NCBI RefSeq assembly: GCF_002105155.1
Contig: NW_019028997.1
Coordinates: forward strand, 496,001 to 560,000
From: Lobosporangium transversale
Taxonomy: Eukaryota
DNA length: 64,000 nucleotides
Direction: 5' to 3'
Shown: positions 63,137 through 64,000 of the stretch, in pieces
Layout of the letters: every line of letters begins with the position of its first letter
Numbering within the stretch: position 1 is the stretch's first letter
Position numbers and translations under genes: made by a program
Notes under the pieces: generated by a model
Told to the model about the DNA's origin: nothing
Seen by the model: only the letters and a program-made list of their open reading frames with translations
The model's database searches: none

Positions 63137-64000
63137 CCCCTACTGTAGGCGAGGATGATGGACATTGATTACGATGGTCTTGGCTTTTGTCATGTTGCTT
63201 GAATGTTTTGTTTTGAGAATGTCTCAGTTTTGTTGAGATCTGTATAATTCCTTACTTACCAGGGTGTGGTAAATAGGGAAGTTTGAGAAGAAGAAAAAAA
63301 AAAAAAAAAAAAAAAAGGGAGGCGAACTAAGAAAGCATCATGATGTCTGCAGATCAATCAAAACAAATCAAAAAGATGTTACCACTATGCATGCAAGGCA
63401 CGATCTCTGTCCTTTTATTTTTTTTTTTTTTTTTTTTTCTTTTTCTTCCCTTCCTCCCCTTCCTGTGAATTCATGATAATCATCTTTTTTTTTCTTTAAA
63501 AAAAAAAGGGGGAAAAAACGAAAAAAGTGTACAAGGACCGAAGAAGGGAGGGAAAAAGGGACGGGGGGGGGGACCGAAAAGATGATCGAAAAAAAGGAAT
63601 TTTCAATTGCATATTTTATTGTTCATGTCCATATCCATATCCATTTCCATATCCATGTCCATGTCCATGTCCATGTCGATGTAGGACAAAATGGATAAAA
63701 GATCAATCAAATCGTTACAGACAAAACTCTTTTTTTTTTTTTACTTTTTATTTATTTATTTTTATTTCAGATAGTTGACAGTTATTTGTGAGTTCATGAG
63801 AAAAAAAATAAAAAATAAAAAATAAGAAATAGGGCATAAAGGCTTTTTTACTTTTTGTCAATTCCCATTTTTATTGTTATCGACCCTCATGGACAAAAAC
63901 AAACTGTCGCTATGGCCATAATCGCCTCTTTTCTTTTTCAATTGAATATACCTCTGTAATAAATACATGTGTTTATATATATATATATATATATATATAT

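Noticed and set aside
57609..64000. Numerous short K/F/Y-rich ORFs, a 26-bp duplication near 63054, and possible RNA genes
   Set aside because: They derive from poly-A/T and dinucleotide tracts. No tRNA, rRNA or domain signal was recognised.

Overview
Eukaryotic (fungal) DNA with short GT-AG introns and long poly-A/T tracts. The gene families suggest Mucoromycota, probably Mortierellaceae (inference). Two divergently oriented housekeeping genes, KAE1 (1309-2510, minus) and glutathione synthetase (54782-57608, plus), bracket a ~52-kb accessory island. The island holds three copies of an RNI-type LRR gene family and four Crinkler (CRN)-type ubiquitin-like + P-loop NTPase + restriction-endonuclease genes plus a fragment. 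It also holds nested hAT, Tc1, pogo (with a cargo gene), Helitron, MITE and solo-LTR elements. The most notable feature is a spliced, decayed Fanzor (eukaryotic TnpB-like RNA-guided nuclease) gene at 41331-44313. It retains all three RuvC catalytic residues and the zinc finger, may have an XPG/FEN1-like N-terminus, and has a 3' non-coding tail that looks like a spliceosomal intron. A second copy of that 3' end lies at the right edge of the island. An 11-bp direct repeat (CAGACCCTGAA) flanks the whole island. The last ~6.4 kb appear to be low-complexity intergenic DNA. All family assignments come from motif recognition by eye; no searches were run.
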